From a virus, in IMG/VR virus record IMGVR_UViG_3300010403_000017, positions 1 through 40,665 of that record: DNA of 40,665 bases; one strand, 5' to 3'. The notes beneath the pieces are model-generated. The model searched no databases and was not told the origin of the DNA. It was given only the letters and a program-made list of their open reading frames with translations. How positions within the stretch are numbered: the stretch's first letter is position 1; the number at the start of each line of letters is the position of its first letter. The position numbers and the translations under genes were made by a program. Below are positions 30,106 to 39,733 of this stretch, piece by piece.

Positions 30106-33100
30106 CAGCGTGTTAACCCATTGACCATATAGCGGTAATCATACTGGACCCAATCCATCGCCTTCCTCGAATTATAGTTTTCATTCGAGAGAAAGAATGT
30201 CCAGCCATGCATCGATGTCGTCGGGACATGACTTGTGGACGTTTTCTTGAAGACCCCGTTGACGTACCAGTCGACCGTCGTGAGCTTGTAGACTGCATCC
30301 ACGCGGTATGCCGTGTTTGCAGCCGCGGCGACGAGTCCAACCCTTACCTTGCTCGAGCTCGCCGTTCCGGTGCTTCCGATCGGCGCGTCGCAGGTAACCC
30401 CATAGACCGAATCGCAGACGCCGGTCTTGTTTCCGATCTCTCCCCAGATACCGGCCCTTATGCTATCCATCAGCGGTACGGGAGTCTGTATTGTCCCGTC
30501 GACGATTCCATGATGCCACGCCATCGAATCGATCGTGGAGGGCGTCGAAATGAACAAGTGGAGTATAGACTTGTTCTTGATGGTGTAGATCGACGGAGCT
30601 CCAAAGAAGACGTTTGGCGACAGCCATATTCCGCAATAGAGCCCGTTCGAATGATACTGACGCGCGGAATCTGCCGTGATCGTCAGGCCGAACATACCGT
30701 CATCATCGACAGCATGGTTCATGTAGCGCTGGCCCCAGGAGGCGACCGTGCCCGATCGACCGCCGAAGCCCTTCACGCCCCACCTATGCAAGCCTGGCTC
30801 CATTCCGGCCGCATTGCCGGCTCCGCTTGCGACCGTGGTATTGCTACCGTAACCCGCGTCCCAGTTCTCGATGTACTCATAGGAATTGTTCAGCGAATCA
30901 GTGACAAGATTCGATATGGTTATCGTCGAATCTGTCTGCGTCACTCCGATTCCGGGACCCGGGGCGATCGTCACATTACTCATAAGCGCGCTCGCTCCCT
31001 GGGCCTTGATCGATTTCACCCCTGCCGCACTTGATTGCTGGCTTGCAGCGATCGCATTACGAACGCTCGATGCGGTTGCCGGCGTATCTACCGGGGTCCC
31101 GTTGATCGTGGTGGTGTTCAAAGCTGTCACCGTCGCATTCGGCGTGCTGAGGCCGCCCTGGAAGACCTGTGGCGGGATATATGTTTTCGAAACGGTAGCC
31201 GGATCGACCGTCTGATAAGGGTGCCATGTTCCGAGGGAATCTTCATATCCAAGAATGGACCAGTTGGCCAGGAGAGAAGAATTCGGCGACGGTATGTTCG
31301 CCGGGCCTGTAATCTGGAAGGTGAGCCACGGCGCCGGATATTCATTGTGCGTGAACGGCTTGTTCGCATCCAGATAGGGAGTCATCTGGTAATGCGGCGC
31401 GACAGTGACGCTGCCGCCGGTAACTGAGACGGTGAATTTGCGCCAGCCGGTGAAGGCGCTCTTGCCGGCAGAATTCTTTGACGCGGCCCTCCAGTAATAG
31501 TTACCATTCACCAGGCTTCCGATTCCGCGCGTCAATAGGCCGCTCGATGAATCATCCATTACGAAGGTGGAGCTGTTCGTGTCGATCTTCACCTGGAAGA
31601 TGTTGACCAGGATTGTGTCCACACCGTTCGTACTGATCGTGAGCGTCGTACTGGAGCTCGTAATGGTCGCATTCGCCGCGGGAGAGACAAGAGTCGGGGC
31701 CGACGGCGGATTGACTGTTATCCCGATGGTCGTGAAACCTGTGTAGGTCGAATAGGATGTCGTTCCGGCCGGCACCGTCGCATTCGCCCTCCAATAATAC
31801 GTCGTCGCATTGGTCAGCGATGTGAGAAAGGGGTTCTGGCCGACGGTGACTGTCGTATCGGTCAGATCCATCTCAGAAAAGAGCGCCGAGAAATCCGTCG
31901 CCGTCGATATCTGGAAATGGTATGAGGTCGCGCCCGTCACCCTCGTCCATTTGAAGGTGAGCCCGAAGATCGCCTGGTTTGTGGCATTGGCCGATGGAGA
32001 GACATTCGTCGGCCCGGAAGGCAACGTGACGACCTGTTGACCGCCTGCCGCCTGCCCAGCAGCTTCGATGATCCAGTTTCTCTGCGAGACGTTCGCATTG
32101 GTCGGATCGCAATCCATCTGGTAATCGAAGAGCATATACCCGGAGAAGCCATTCGTTTTAATGTAGGTGATATCATCCTGGACCCTTTGAGGCGTCGGAT
32201 AGGTGTAGTAAAAGGGCTGGCCGCCGGTCACGTTATTAATCGTACCTTCATAGGTCGCACTCGAGAGCGCAATACCCTTTATCACCTGGTCCTTCGCCGT
32301 TGTGTCGTACGGCTGGATCGCTCCACCGTTGAGCTGGAGGGCGTTGATGAGATTCTGATTATTGTGGGCATAGCCGTCGTTGGAGAAGGCCCCGTACCTT
32401 GATGTGCTGCCGGTCCTCAAACGTCCATAGGTCGAGACGCCCACACCGAGGATTCTCTTTTGATATCCTACGTCGGCCCATTGCTGCGGTCCGTGTTGCG
32501 AGACATTGTGAAGCTTATCACCGGCCGACATACAACCCGGCGCGTCGCCCGGAGGATAAATGAAGCCGGCGCCCCAATTACAATTCGCACCGATACAGCC
32601 ATTCCATGCGTATTGATTATCGTACGTCTGCGGATTGATCTGGTCGACGTTATTGTTGCAATCGGCAACCGGGTAATTGTTCTGGTCACCGGAGGTCGGG
32701 GAGAGTGTGAATGTCATCTTGCCGCCAATGCCGGCCGAGTACTGGTCAAGGGATGCCCGCATCCTTCTTATAAGCAGCCCGATATTATTCTTACCCGGGA
32801 AATTGCCGCACCCATGTTCGATGTTGATGTCGACGCCATCGGCGCCATGGCGAAAGAGATAGGATGCGACAGCATTGGTGAATGTCTGTGTTCTGGTCGA
32901 GTCACTTCCGTCGATGACTCCATTCCCATTCGCATCAATGACAGCGATGAGCTCCGTCGCGCAAACGGCATTGACGCATATCAATACGCGCACGCCGGCC
33001 GCGTGGGCTCTGGCGATAAGGTCCTCAAAATAATGCGTCGGGTTCGACGGCCTGCCCGTTCCATAGAGCACATCGAGCGAGTCATTCAGATTGACACCAC

Positions 33101-34355
33101 TTGTCGGTCCCCAGAAAGGTGAGATCCCCGAGCGAACATTGCCATTTGGGAAGAGGATGATATGTGATATCCCGTTGAGATAGTTCAACCGGTCCGGAGG
33201 TTCAGCCCACCACGCCGATCCAAGAGGGATCATCTGCCACACGTCATAGTATGCCGTCACCCAGAGTGTCCGCGCAGGATAGACTGTGTACGGGAGTTGA
33301 GTTGTATATACGTTCCCGTGCACGTCGACCGCTCTCACTTTCACTATGTAGTTCCCGGGCTTCTGCTTCAGTCCGGCCATACGCACGGTCGTATCCCGGT
33401 ACCCGAGCGCCGGGTTGGTGCTGGGTACAACGTGTATCGAATCAATGAAGGCGCCTGTGACTGTATCTCGCTCCATCTGGATGTAGGCAATACCGGGATC
33501 CTTTTGGATGCAGGTATCGAGCTCGGTCACGCGCGCGATCCAGTAGCCGGTCATGCTCGAGTCGAGTGTGCCGGCGCTCGCGATCAAGGACGGATTCGCA
33601 GGCTTCACCGTATCGACCGTCGCGCATACTGGAGGGACAAACGTTGCCACGCCCAGGAAGAAGGCGCCAATCTGCGTCGTCGGATTTGTCGATGCCCTCA
33701 CTTCAAAGCCGCAATATCCGGAACTCGGCAGCGTCGTTCTCGCCGTTTGGGTTGTGTAGAGCGTCGTGCCACTCGCGCTTGAGCGGTACACCTTCATCGT
33801 CTGGCCGCTAATCTTGACATAGATTGTGTCACTCGAGAGCCCATCGGGGACGATCGTTGCATTTCCCTGACCCGGTCCGTAGGGCGCGTTTCGTACGCCG
33901 TTGGTGATATCGTTGAAGCGCACCGAGAACTGATTGTGGTCCCAGGATCCAAACTCTACGATCGTCGCATTGAAGCCGCTCGTATGTTGATTCGCCAGAA
34001 GATAGAATACGATATCAGTCGCCTGGGCCGCCTGGTAGGCGGGCGTCGTAGACTTGACGGGCACCGTCACGCCGATAATGAGCTCATCGGTTCCATTGTT
34101 GGAGACGGCATTTTTCCAGAAGACGCCGCCATAATGATTTACACCAGCACCATTCGATGCCGTCACAACACCATTGGAGGCGGTGAGTGTCGAGTCGGCC
34201 GGGGAGTTTGACGGGATCTTCCCGAAGCTCAACACGCCGGAGATATTGGTGCCGTTCGCGTCATTGAAATCGGAGATGAGGACCTGGGGCAATTGCGCAA
34301 ATGCGCAAAGCGTTGAGAGAATTGTGAGGAATAGAATTGTGCGAAGTCTCTTCAT
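30105..34355 (-). CDS. 1416-aa multidomain protein: Sec signal peptide, ConA/LamG-like domain, Ig-like domain, GH18-like TIM barrel, two FN3-like modules, C-terminal jelly-roll-like domain
   Basis: MKRLRTILFLTILSTLCAFA-QL. DGVDINIE at nt 32817..32840. YMLFDYQMDCD. Two modules containing a YYWRA motif (TTYYWRANAT, GNYYWRAASK). ATGA-coupled to the upstream fibre gene. Confidence 0.7.
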   Translation of the reverse strand: MKRLRTILFLTILSTLCAFAQLPQVLISDFNDANGTNISGVLSFGKIPSNSPADSTLTASNGVVTASNGAGVNHYGGVFWKNAVSNNGTDELIIGVTVPVKSTTPAYQAAQATDIVFYLLANQHTSGFNATIVEFGSWDHNQFSVRFNDITNGVRNAPYGPGQGNATIVPDGLSSDTIYVKISGQTMKVYRSSASGTTLYTTQTARTTLPSSGYCGFEVRASTNPTTQIGAFFLGVATFVPPVCATVDTVKPANPSLIASAGTLDSSMTGYWIARVTELDTCIQKDPGIAYIQMERDTVTGAFIDSIHVVPSTNPALGYRDTTVRMAGLKQKPGNYIVKVRAVDVHGNVYTTQLPYTVYPARTLWVTAYYDVWQMIPLGSAWWAEPPDRLNYLNGISHIILFPNGNVRSGISPFWGPTSGVNLNDSLDVLYGTGRPSNPTHYFEDLIARAHAAGVRVLICVNAVCATELIAVIDANGNGVIDGSDSTRTQTFTNAVASYLFRHGADGVDINIEHGCGNFPGKNNIGLLIRRMRASLDQYSAGIGGKMTFTLSPTSGDQNNYPVADCNNNVDQINPQTYDNQYAWNGCIGANCNWGAGFIYPPGDAPGCMSAGDKLHNVSQHGPQQWADVGYQKRILGVGVSTYGRLRTGSTSRYGAFSNDGYAHNNQNLINALQLNGGAIQPYDTTAKDQVIKGIALSSATYEGTINNVTGGQPFYYTYPTPQRVQDDITYIKTNGFSGYMLFDYQMDCDPTNANVSQRNWIIEAAGQAAGGQQVVTLPSGPTNVSPSANATNQAIFGLTFKWTRVTGATSYHFQISTATDFSALFSEMDLTDTTVTVGQNPFLTSLTNATTYYWRANATVPAGTTSYSTYTGFTTIGITVNPPSAPTLVSPAANATITSSSTTLTISTNGVDTILVNIFQVKIDTNSSTFVMDDSSSGLLTRGIGSLVNGNYYWRAASKNSAGKSAFTGWRKFTVSVTGGSVTVAPHYQMTPYLDANKPFTHNEYPAPWLTFQITGPANIPSPNSSLLANWSILGYEDSLGTWHPYQTVDPATVSKTYIPPQVFQGGLSTPNATVTALNTTTINGTPVDTPATASSVRNAIAASQQSSAAGVKSIKAQGASALMSNVTIAPGPGIGVTQTDSTITISNLVTDSLNNSYEYIENWDAGYGSNTTVASGAGNAAGMEPGLHRWGVKGFGGRSGTVASWGQRYMNHAVDDDGMFGLTITADSARQYHSNGLYCGIWLSPNVFFGAPSIYTIKNKSILHLFISTPSTIDSMAWHHGIVDGTIQTPVPLMDSIRAGIWGEIGNKTGVCDSVYGVTCDAPIGSTGTASSSKVRVGLVAAAANTAYRVDAVYKLTTVDWYVNGVFKKTSTSHVPTTSMHGWTFFLSNENYNSRKAMDWVQYDYRYMVNGLTR

Positions 34356-35359
34356 GGGATTATCCTGTATTCATATGTTACTTTCACCGGCACCGAATGT
34401 GTTTGGCCCAGTCTGATTTCAAGTGTGTCGTTGTAGCAGGGTGCGTTCAGCGACGAGCTGACGATAATCGCGAGCTTCTCGGAATATCCCGCCTTCGCCC
34501 AGCTCGTTGAGAGCAGGCCGGGTATATAGATCTTCTTCGATTCCAATCCTGCCGGTATGCTCGTCGTGTCATATTTCGTAGCGGTCGATTTGGCGAACGT
34601 AGCAAGAGGTGCTTCGAAGTTCGGGGCGGCATCTCTGGACTGGATAGTGCTATCGAGTATCCCCCCTGACGTCATGCTATTAGTTCTATATGTCGGATTG
34701 GGGAAGGTACCGGTGAGATCTCCGCCGGCCGGGCCGGCCAGATTCGCAGCGAACGCGTAGTTCGCAGTATCGGAATGACCGATCCTCGCATTGCGGTTGA
34801 ATTTATTGCTTGTGATACTCGAATCAGTCATCCTGGATCCGGGGACTGAGAGACTCTTAAGGTCGGTGCTATCGAGTGAGGCCGGAGTTATATTCGCTGT
34901 AGCCGTCGGACCGGTCCCGTTGTTGATGGTAAGTTTGTTGTCCGTGTTTTGGATTGCCTGGATGCCCGTGCCACCTCCACCCACTCCCGCATTGATGGTG
35001 ATCGTGCCTCCTGAGTAAGTGACGACGGCGCCGCCGGCGCCGACGATCGTCCAATACTGAAAGGCGTTCGCAGCGGAGTTCATGCCGACCAACTGGTTCG
35101 CCGTTCCGGCTCCGGAGAGGCCGGTCAATGAAACGATGCCGGTGACCGAATTGATGGTGACCGGGAAGGCGCCCGTGAGCGAATTTCTCGCGCGAGCATC
35201 GGTATAGAAGAGCTTCGTTCCTTCGATGAGATAGGTCGAGCTTAAGGGGTGGAAGCCCGGCCTGCCGCTCGAGGGCCATTGATAGACATCGCCGGTGCTC
35301 TGCGCCATCAGCGTCTGAGAGAGCGCCAGACATGTCATTACGAGAAGGATCCGTTTCAT
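34352..35359 (-). CDS. Tail-fibre-like protein with an N-terminal Sec-type signal peptide
   Basis: MKRILLVMTCLALSQTLMA-QS. Gly/Thr/Ser-rich beta repeats. GDLTGTFPNPTY motif, which is common in fibre proteins. Confidence 0.6.
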   Translation of the reverse strand: MKRILLVMTCLALSQTLMAQSTGDVYQWPSSGRPGFHPLSSTYLIEGTKLFYTDARARNSLTGAFPVTINSVTGIVSLTGLSGAGTANQLVGMNSAANAFQYWTIVGAGGAVVTYSGGTITINAGVGGGGTGIQAIQNTDNKLTINNGTGPTATANITPASLDSTDLKSLSVPGSRMTDSSITSNKFNRNARIGHSDTANYAFAANLAGPAGGDLTGTFPNPTYRTNSMTSGGILDSTIQSRDAAPNFEAPLATFAKSTATKYDTTSIPAGLESKKIYIPGLLSTSWAKAGYSEKLAIIVSSSLNAPCYNDTLEIRLGQTHSVPVKVTYEYRIIP

Positions 35360-35373
35360 TGTGGGTGTACTCC

Positions 35374-35952
35374 TTACGGAAAAATTGTGATGATGATATT
35401 ACGATCGGCCGTCTCTTCAGCAGTCGATTCAACGATGATATGCCCATCGTCGCCCTGCTCTTTGATTGACAGCGCACCGATCGGCGTAAGCGCGTTCACC
35501 CCCCAATTCGCGATCACCTTGGAGGTCGACGTGAGTCCCGCTACTCCATTCACCTGGGCAGTGGATGTCGCCACGGAGAGGACCGCCCGGATGACTACCG
35601 GAAAGGCCGATCGGATCTGATCGATCGTGTTTTTCGTCGGGACGAGAGCCATGCGGTAGGTCTTGTTCGACAGATTATGATTTGAAGCTACGGTGCCTTC
35701 TTGGGCTCTCAAGATGTTGGTTAGAACGTCACCGACCCACGACGGCACTCGGATGACTTCATAGTTTGGATCATCGATCGGGTCGGAGTAGTCGGTGCCG
35801 TTCCACCAGATCATATTGAACGGCCCTTCCGAAGCAGGCACGGGCAGCTTCGAGGTCTCGCCTGAGACCAGACTGATATTCACCGCGGCCGCATCGTAGC
35901 CGGCAGCGACGGTGACGCGGGCTTTATTTCGGACTGGATCTATTGTGGCCAT
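35374..35952 (-). CDS. Tail fibre or baseplate attachment protein (N-terminal QEGT motif)
   Basis: YEVIRVPSWVGDVLTNILRAQEGTVASNH matches the widespread E.I.V....G..LT..RGQEGT fibre N-terminal motif. Start ATG 35952. Confidence 0.55.
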   Translation of the reverse strand: MATIDPVRNKARVTVAAGYDAAAVNISLVSGETSKLPVPASEGPFNMIWWNGTDYSDPIDDPNYEVIRVPSWVGDVLTNILRAQEGTVASNHNLSNKTYRMALVPTKNTIDQIRSAFPVVIRAVLSVATSTAQVNGVAGLTSTSKVIANWGVNALTPIGALSIKEQGDDGHIIVESTAEETADRNIIITIFP

Positions 35953-35959
35953 AGTTTTC

Positions 35960-36754
35960 TTAGCCTGGTATCTGTGACATGAATTTGATATTCGGCAGGT
36001 CATTGATGTTGTGCCGGAACATCGCATTGGGGTCGACGTCGAAGGCGAGGTGGACGAAATAGAGAAGCCCATCGACATCGAGAAAATAGAACGGGCGATA
36101 CCGACCGCTCACCACCTGGAAGAACTTCATCCAATTGGCCCTTGTGGTATCATCGATTCCGCCTTTTGCGCCGGCAAAAGAGATATCCCACGTTCGACGT
36201 CCGTCATAGTTCTGGGAGGTCCGGATCCGTCCATCCAAAGCCTTCGTCATGGCTGTCTCGGTTTCCCGATTCGTGGGCTTCGACGGGTTGTCATATGGAA
36301 AAGAGAAATCGAGCGATTGGCCTATGAATATCCGGCCGATCTGCGGTATGTGCGAAGCGCAGTTGTCGTAGAGAATCCGGTAATAGGTCCTGTTCGTAGA
36401 GGTGAAGGTCAGCACCTGGGGGAAGACGTTGGGAGCGATATCGGAATCAAAGAGATCTGTCGGTGAGGCAAAATCGGACGTGGCCGATTTCTGGACCCTC
36501 ACGCGGCCGCCGGCCACTTCGATATCGTCGATGTTGTGTCCCTCGATGATCATGTAGTTCTTGTTGGCAACGCCGATCCCAACTTGGGCTGCCGCTAATT
36601 TCAGGTACTGGCCGTTGGTCGCATTCGCGCTTTTCCAGTAATAGTCGACGAACCCGGTATTGAGGTTTACGGCCGGATGAGCGGCATCGTCGCCTCCGGA
36701 AGAGGTGAAGGTGATCTGATCAAGCTCGGTGCAGTATATGGATGGATTGGGCAT
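35960..36754 (-). CDS. Tail or baseplate protein with a discoidin-like N-terminal pattern
   Basis: 264 aa. TSSGGDDAAHPAVNLNTGFVDYYWKS...QYLKL resembles F5/8-type-C domains. Abuts the upstream gene. Confidence 0.45.
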   Translation of the reverse strand: MPNPSIYCTELDQITFTSSGGDDAAHPAVNLNTGFVDYYWKSANATNGQYLKLAAAQVGIGVANKNYMIIEGHNIDDIEVAGGRVRVQKSATSDFASPTDLFDSDIAPNVFPQVLTFTSTNRTYYRILYDNCASHIPQIGRIFIGQSLDFSFPYDNPSKPTNRETETAMTKALDGRIRTSQNYDGRRTWDISFAGAKGGIDDTTRANWMKFFQVVSGRYRPFYFLDVDGLLYFVHLAFDVDPNAMFRHNINDLPNIKFMSQIPG

Positions 36755-39733
36755 TTACACCAATGCCTCCACGGTGAAGGTGCCGTCTTTGGAGAGCGTG
36801 GTCGCATAGATTGGGCCTTCGTCGACGGCTTGGATCTTGGTCGTCGTGAAATTCGGCAAGATATTGTCGAAGGGCTCATACTGCCAAAGGGGGAGGATCC
36901 CCAGCGGGAATCGTTTCAGGCTCCGGTCGATCTTGAAAAACTGGTACGCATAATAGGCGATGTCTTTGACGATCGCGTCCGGGATGAAGGAATTCGATAT
37001 CGTAACGGTCCGCTTGTCGCCCAGGACAGTGGTATCGAAGTTCGCTCCGTCATAAGAATGCTGCGTCACGCCGTTGGTGACAACGACGATATCGGCCTTT
37101 GGATATTGGTTGACGGTCTCGATGATATTAGAGGCATCAGAGACCGTGATCGAGAGATCATGCCCGGATGTTAAAGGAGCGCCTGTGATATCGCCGCGAC
37201 GGTACACCAGCGCCTTTTTCACATGTGAGACGACCCCCATGAACAGGAAGGCGTTCAACACCTTGCGGAACATATCGGTAACGAAAGACCCAGAGAAGTC
37301 TGCCAGCGGCACGTTCAAGACCAGCTGATCGCTCCACTGATAAAGCCCGATGCCGACTTGTAACACGTCGTAATCCCCGCTTGCGATGGCAAGGAAGTAG
37401 AGCCGCGAGTTCGCATAGACCATCTGATTTTTTTGCGCCATCAGATTGTCGCCTATGGTCGTCTTCGCATTGGAGGCGAGGGAATAGAGCATGTAGCCGA
37501 TGCCCTCATCGAAGGTCATATAGACGGCCGCGTCGCCGGCGGCATAATACGCGGTCCCTGAGACGGCGCTCGGATCGGCCGAGTTATAGATGGACGTGAC
37601 CGAGGTCGAGGCGTCGGTATGCGACTTGATCGTCATGTAGTTCGGCCCGCCCTCGAGGAAGGCATAATAGATCCGTCCTTCGGCCGAATGATAGGCGGCC
37701 ATGCGGTAGTCCTCGATGCCGGCGAGCTTCTCGCCACCGTCAGTCCAGACGCCGGAGCTATTGACGCTATATTCGCGGTAGCAATTTTGGGCGCTATTGT
37801 TTATGGCGCGGAAGCGCACCTTGCCGCCGGTCATGAAGTGCATGAAATACTGATACACGCCGGCGCCGCCGGTATAGCCCAAGGTCGCGCCTGAGACGAT
37901 CGTTGAAAGAGCGAGCGAGCTGCCGTCGCAGATGCGGAACAATCCCTGGCTCGTGCCGCCGTTGCGGTCGCAATAGATGACCCCATATTTCCAGCTGGAG
38001 CCGGTGTAATTGTAATCGTAGAGCTTGACGGAGAAATGCGAGAGATTCGAGGTCGTCACATTCAGGACGATCTCCGAGGAAAGTGTGGCCCCGCCGATAT
38101 CATATCTCTGCAGGGATCCGGCGCCGTAATACATCCAGAGATGATTGTTCCGGGCGTTGTACATCAGCTTCTCGGGGAAATGAGCCAGCCCCGAGACGAG
38201 AAGTGTATAGACGCCGGTCAAGAGATTGCGCTTGTAAATCTTATCGTCAATCGCGACGAAGAGATCCGTCTCGTCGGTCTCGATCGCGTCTTTGGTCGCC
38301 ACGACAACGCCGTTATTGTTCGGCGGCGTGTCGATATACGATACCCTCTTGGCGCCGTCGTACGTCCTCTGCTCGAGAGTATCGAACGTCTGGCTCGTGA
38401 GCCCGATCGCATCAAAGAGCTTCGAGAGGATGAAGCGGGCATTGACATCTTTATAATAACGGTAGGGTACCGTATCACCCGCGGTGAGGACGACGATCTT
38501 CTCGGCGTAGTCGGTCGCCGGTAGGCCCGAGACGGGATTGGCATAGACCTTGACCCGCTCGGTGTCGCCGGTCGAGTTGTCGACGTTGCCCAGGGTGTTG
38601 TTCCCATTGGAGAGATTGACGAACGCGCCGTTATCGAGCTTCGCCCTGCGGGTGCCGCCGTTATACTGATAGGTGATTGTGTGGACGCCGACCTTCAGCA
38701 CCTTGGTGGAGATATTCGCGTCGACGACGTACATGCCGAAGACATACGGCAGGATGAGCCCGGCATGCCCAGCGCCGTCGGCGTTCGATTTCAGCGGTTG
38801 CGCAGAGACATTCTCGGCAGCTATGCGGGTCCCCAGATCATCGACGGAGAATGCGGTGAAGCGGGCCGTGTTGGAAAGCTCTTCGTTCTCGATGGGTATA
38901 TCGACGAAGCCGGTAAAGCATGGGATCACGTCGGAGGCGCCTTTCAAGATCGCCTCCACCTTGAGCTCGAGGTATTTGTAGATCGACACGGCCGGCACGT
39001 CGACCTTGATCCAAGGAACAATCTTATTCTTATCCACGCCGTTCTGGCTGGTTAACCTCACTCTGAGGTTGGTGAAATCGCTAATTCCAGATGGGACGAC
39101 GAAACTCTCATCGGTAAAATCAATTAAATGAGCGGGGATCATCATCGACCCTTTCACTGTCGCGCCCTGGAGAAGTTCAACGAGTAATTCGTCGCCGAAA
39201 TCCTCGTCCGAATTGCATCCATAGCGAATGGTGACAGTTGTATCGCCTGAGGGGACACTCGATGCAGGATCAGAGAGCCGAATTTCGCATGCCGAGACGG
39301 CGGCGTCACTGGCCTGAATGAATGTCGAATCATTTGGTGAAGCGCCGTCATTTACGGAGGAATAAAGAGGAGTGTCGGTACTTGATTCGTTCAGCCAGGG
39401 AATGCCAGAATTCGAGATATCGGCGTCGGGATCCAGCCTCTGGGTACCGCCTCCGCCGCCGCTCAGATTGAAGATGTTGTCGCGTAGCCAAGCGAGGTCT
39501 TTTCCGGTCAGGGTTATCCGGTCGGACACAAATTGGCCATTTTCAACCTCGATCCGAGAGCCGATATCGGGGAGATTCGCTATGTCGATCCGGTCAGTGA
39601 TCTCAGTCCAGCCAGCGGTCCCGACGATCGAATCGGAGAGCAAATTGGTCTTGCGTACGTAGACATGCCAGGCGATCTTCTTATTCGCCCCGCGCGCGAT
39701 CGCGTTGAATATGCCTGTGGCGGTGAACTTCAT
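36755..39733 (-). CDS. Large distal tail protein (Dit-like ends with large insertions), 992 aa
   Basis: ATG 39733 overlaps the tape-measure stop (ATGA). This is the position right after the TMP. The central region has repeated blade-like strands. Confidence 0.55.
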   Translation of the reverse strand: MKFTATGIFNAIARGANKKIAWHVYVRKTNLLSDSIVGTAGWTEITDRIDIANLPDIGSRIEVENGQFVSDRITLTGKDLAWLRDNIFNLSGGGGGTQRLDPDADISNSGIPWLNESSTDTPLYSSVNDGASPNDSTFIQASDAAVSACEIRLSDPASSVPSGDTTVTIRYGCNSDEDFGDELLVELLQGATVKGSMMIPAHLIDFTDESFVVPSGISDFTNLRVRLTSQNGVDKNKIVPWIKVDVPAVSIYKYLELKVEAILKGASDVIPCFTGFVDIPIENEELSNTARFTAFSVDDLGTRIAAENVSAQPLKSNADGAGHAGLILPYVFGMYVVDANISTKVLKVGVHTITYQYNGGTRRAKLDNGAFVNLSNGNNTLGNVDNSTGDTERVKVYANPVSGLPATDYAEKIVVLTAGDTVPYRYYKDVNARFILSKLFDAIGLTSQTFDTLEQRTYDGAKRVSYIDTPPNNNGVVVATKDAIETDETDLFVAIDDKIYKRNLLTGVYTLLVSGLAHFPEKLMYNARNNHLWMYYGAGSLQRYDIGGATLSSEIVLNVTTSNLSHFSVKLYDYNYTGSSWKYGVIYCDRNGGTSQGLFRICDGSSLALSTIVSGATLGYTGGAGVYQYFMHFMTGGKVRFRAINNSAQNCYREYSVNSSGVWTDGGEKLAGIEDYRMAAYHSAEGRIYYAFLEGGPNYMTIKSHTDASTSVTSIYNSADPSAVSGTAYYAAGDAAVYMTFDEGIGYMLYSLASNAKTTIGDNLMAQKNQMVYANSRLYFLAIASGDYDVLQVGIGLYQWSDQLVLNVPLADFSGSFVTDMFRKVLNAFLFMGVVSHVKKALVYRRGDITGAPLTSGHDLSITVSDASNIIETVNQYPKADIVVVTNGVTQHSYDGANFDTTVLGDKRTVTISNSFIPDAIVKDIAYYAYQFFKIDRSLKRFPLGILPLWQYEPFDNILPNFTTTKIQAVDEGPIYATTLSKDGTFTVEALV

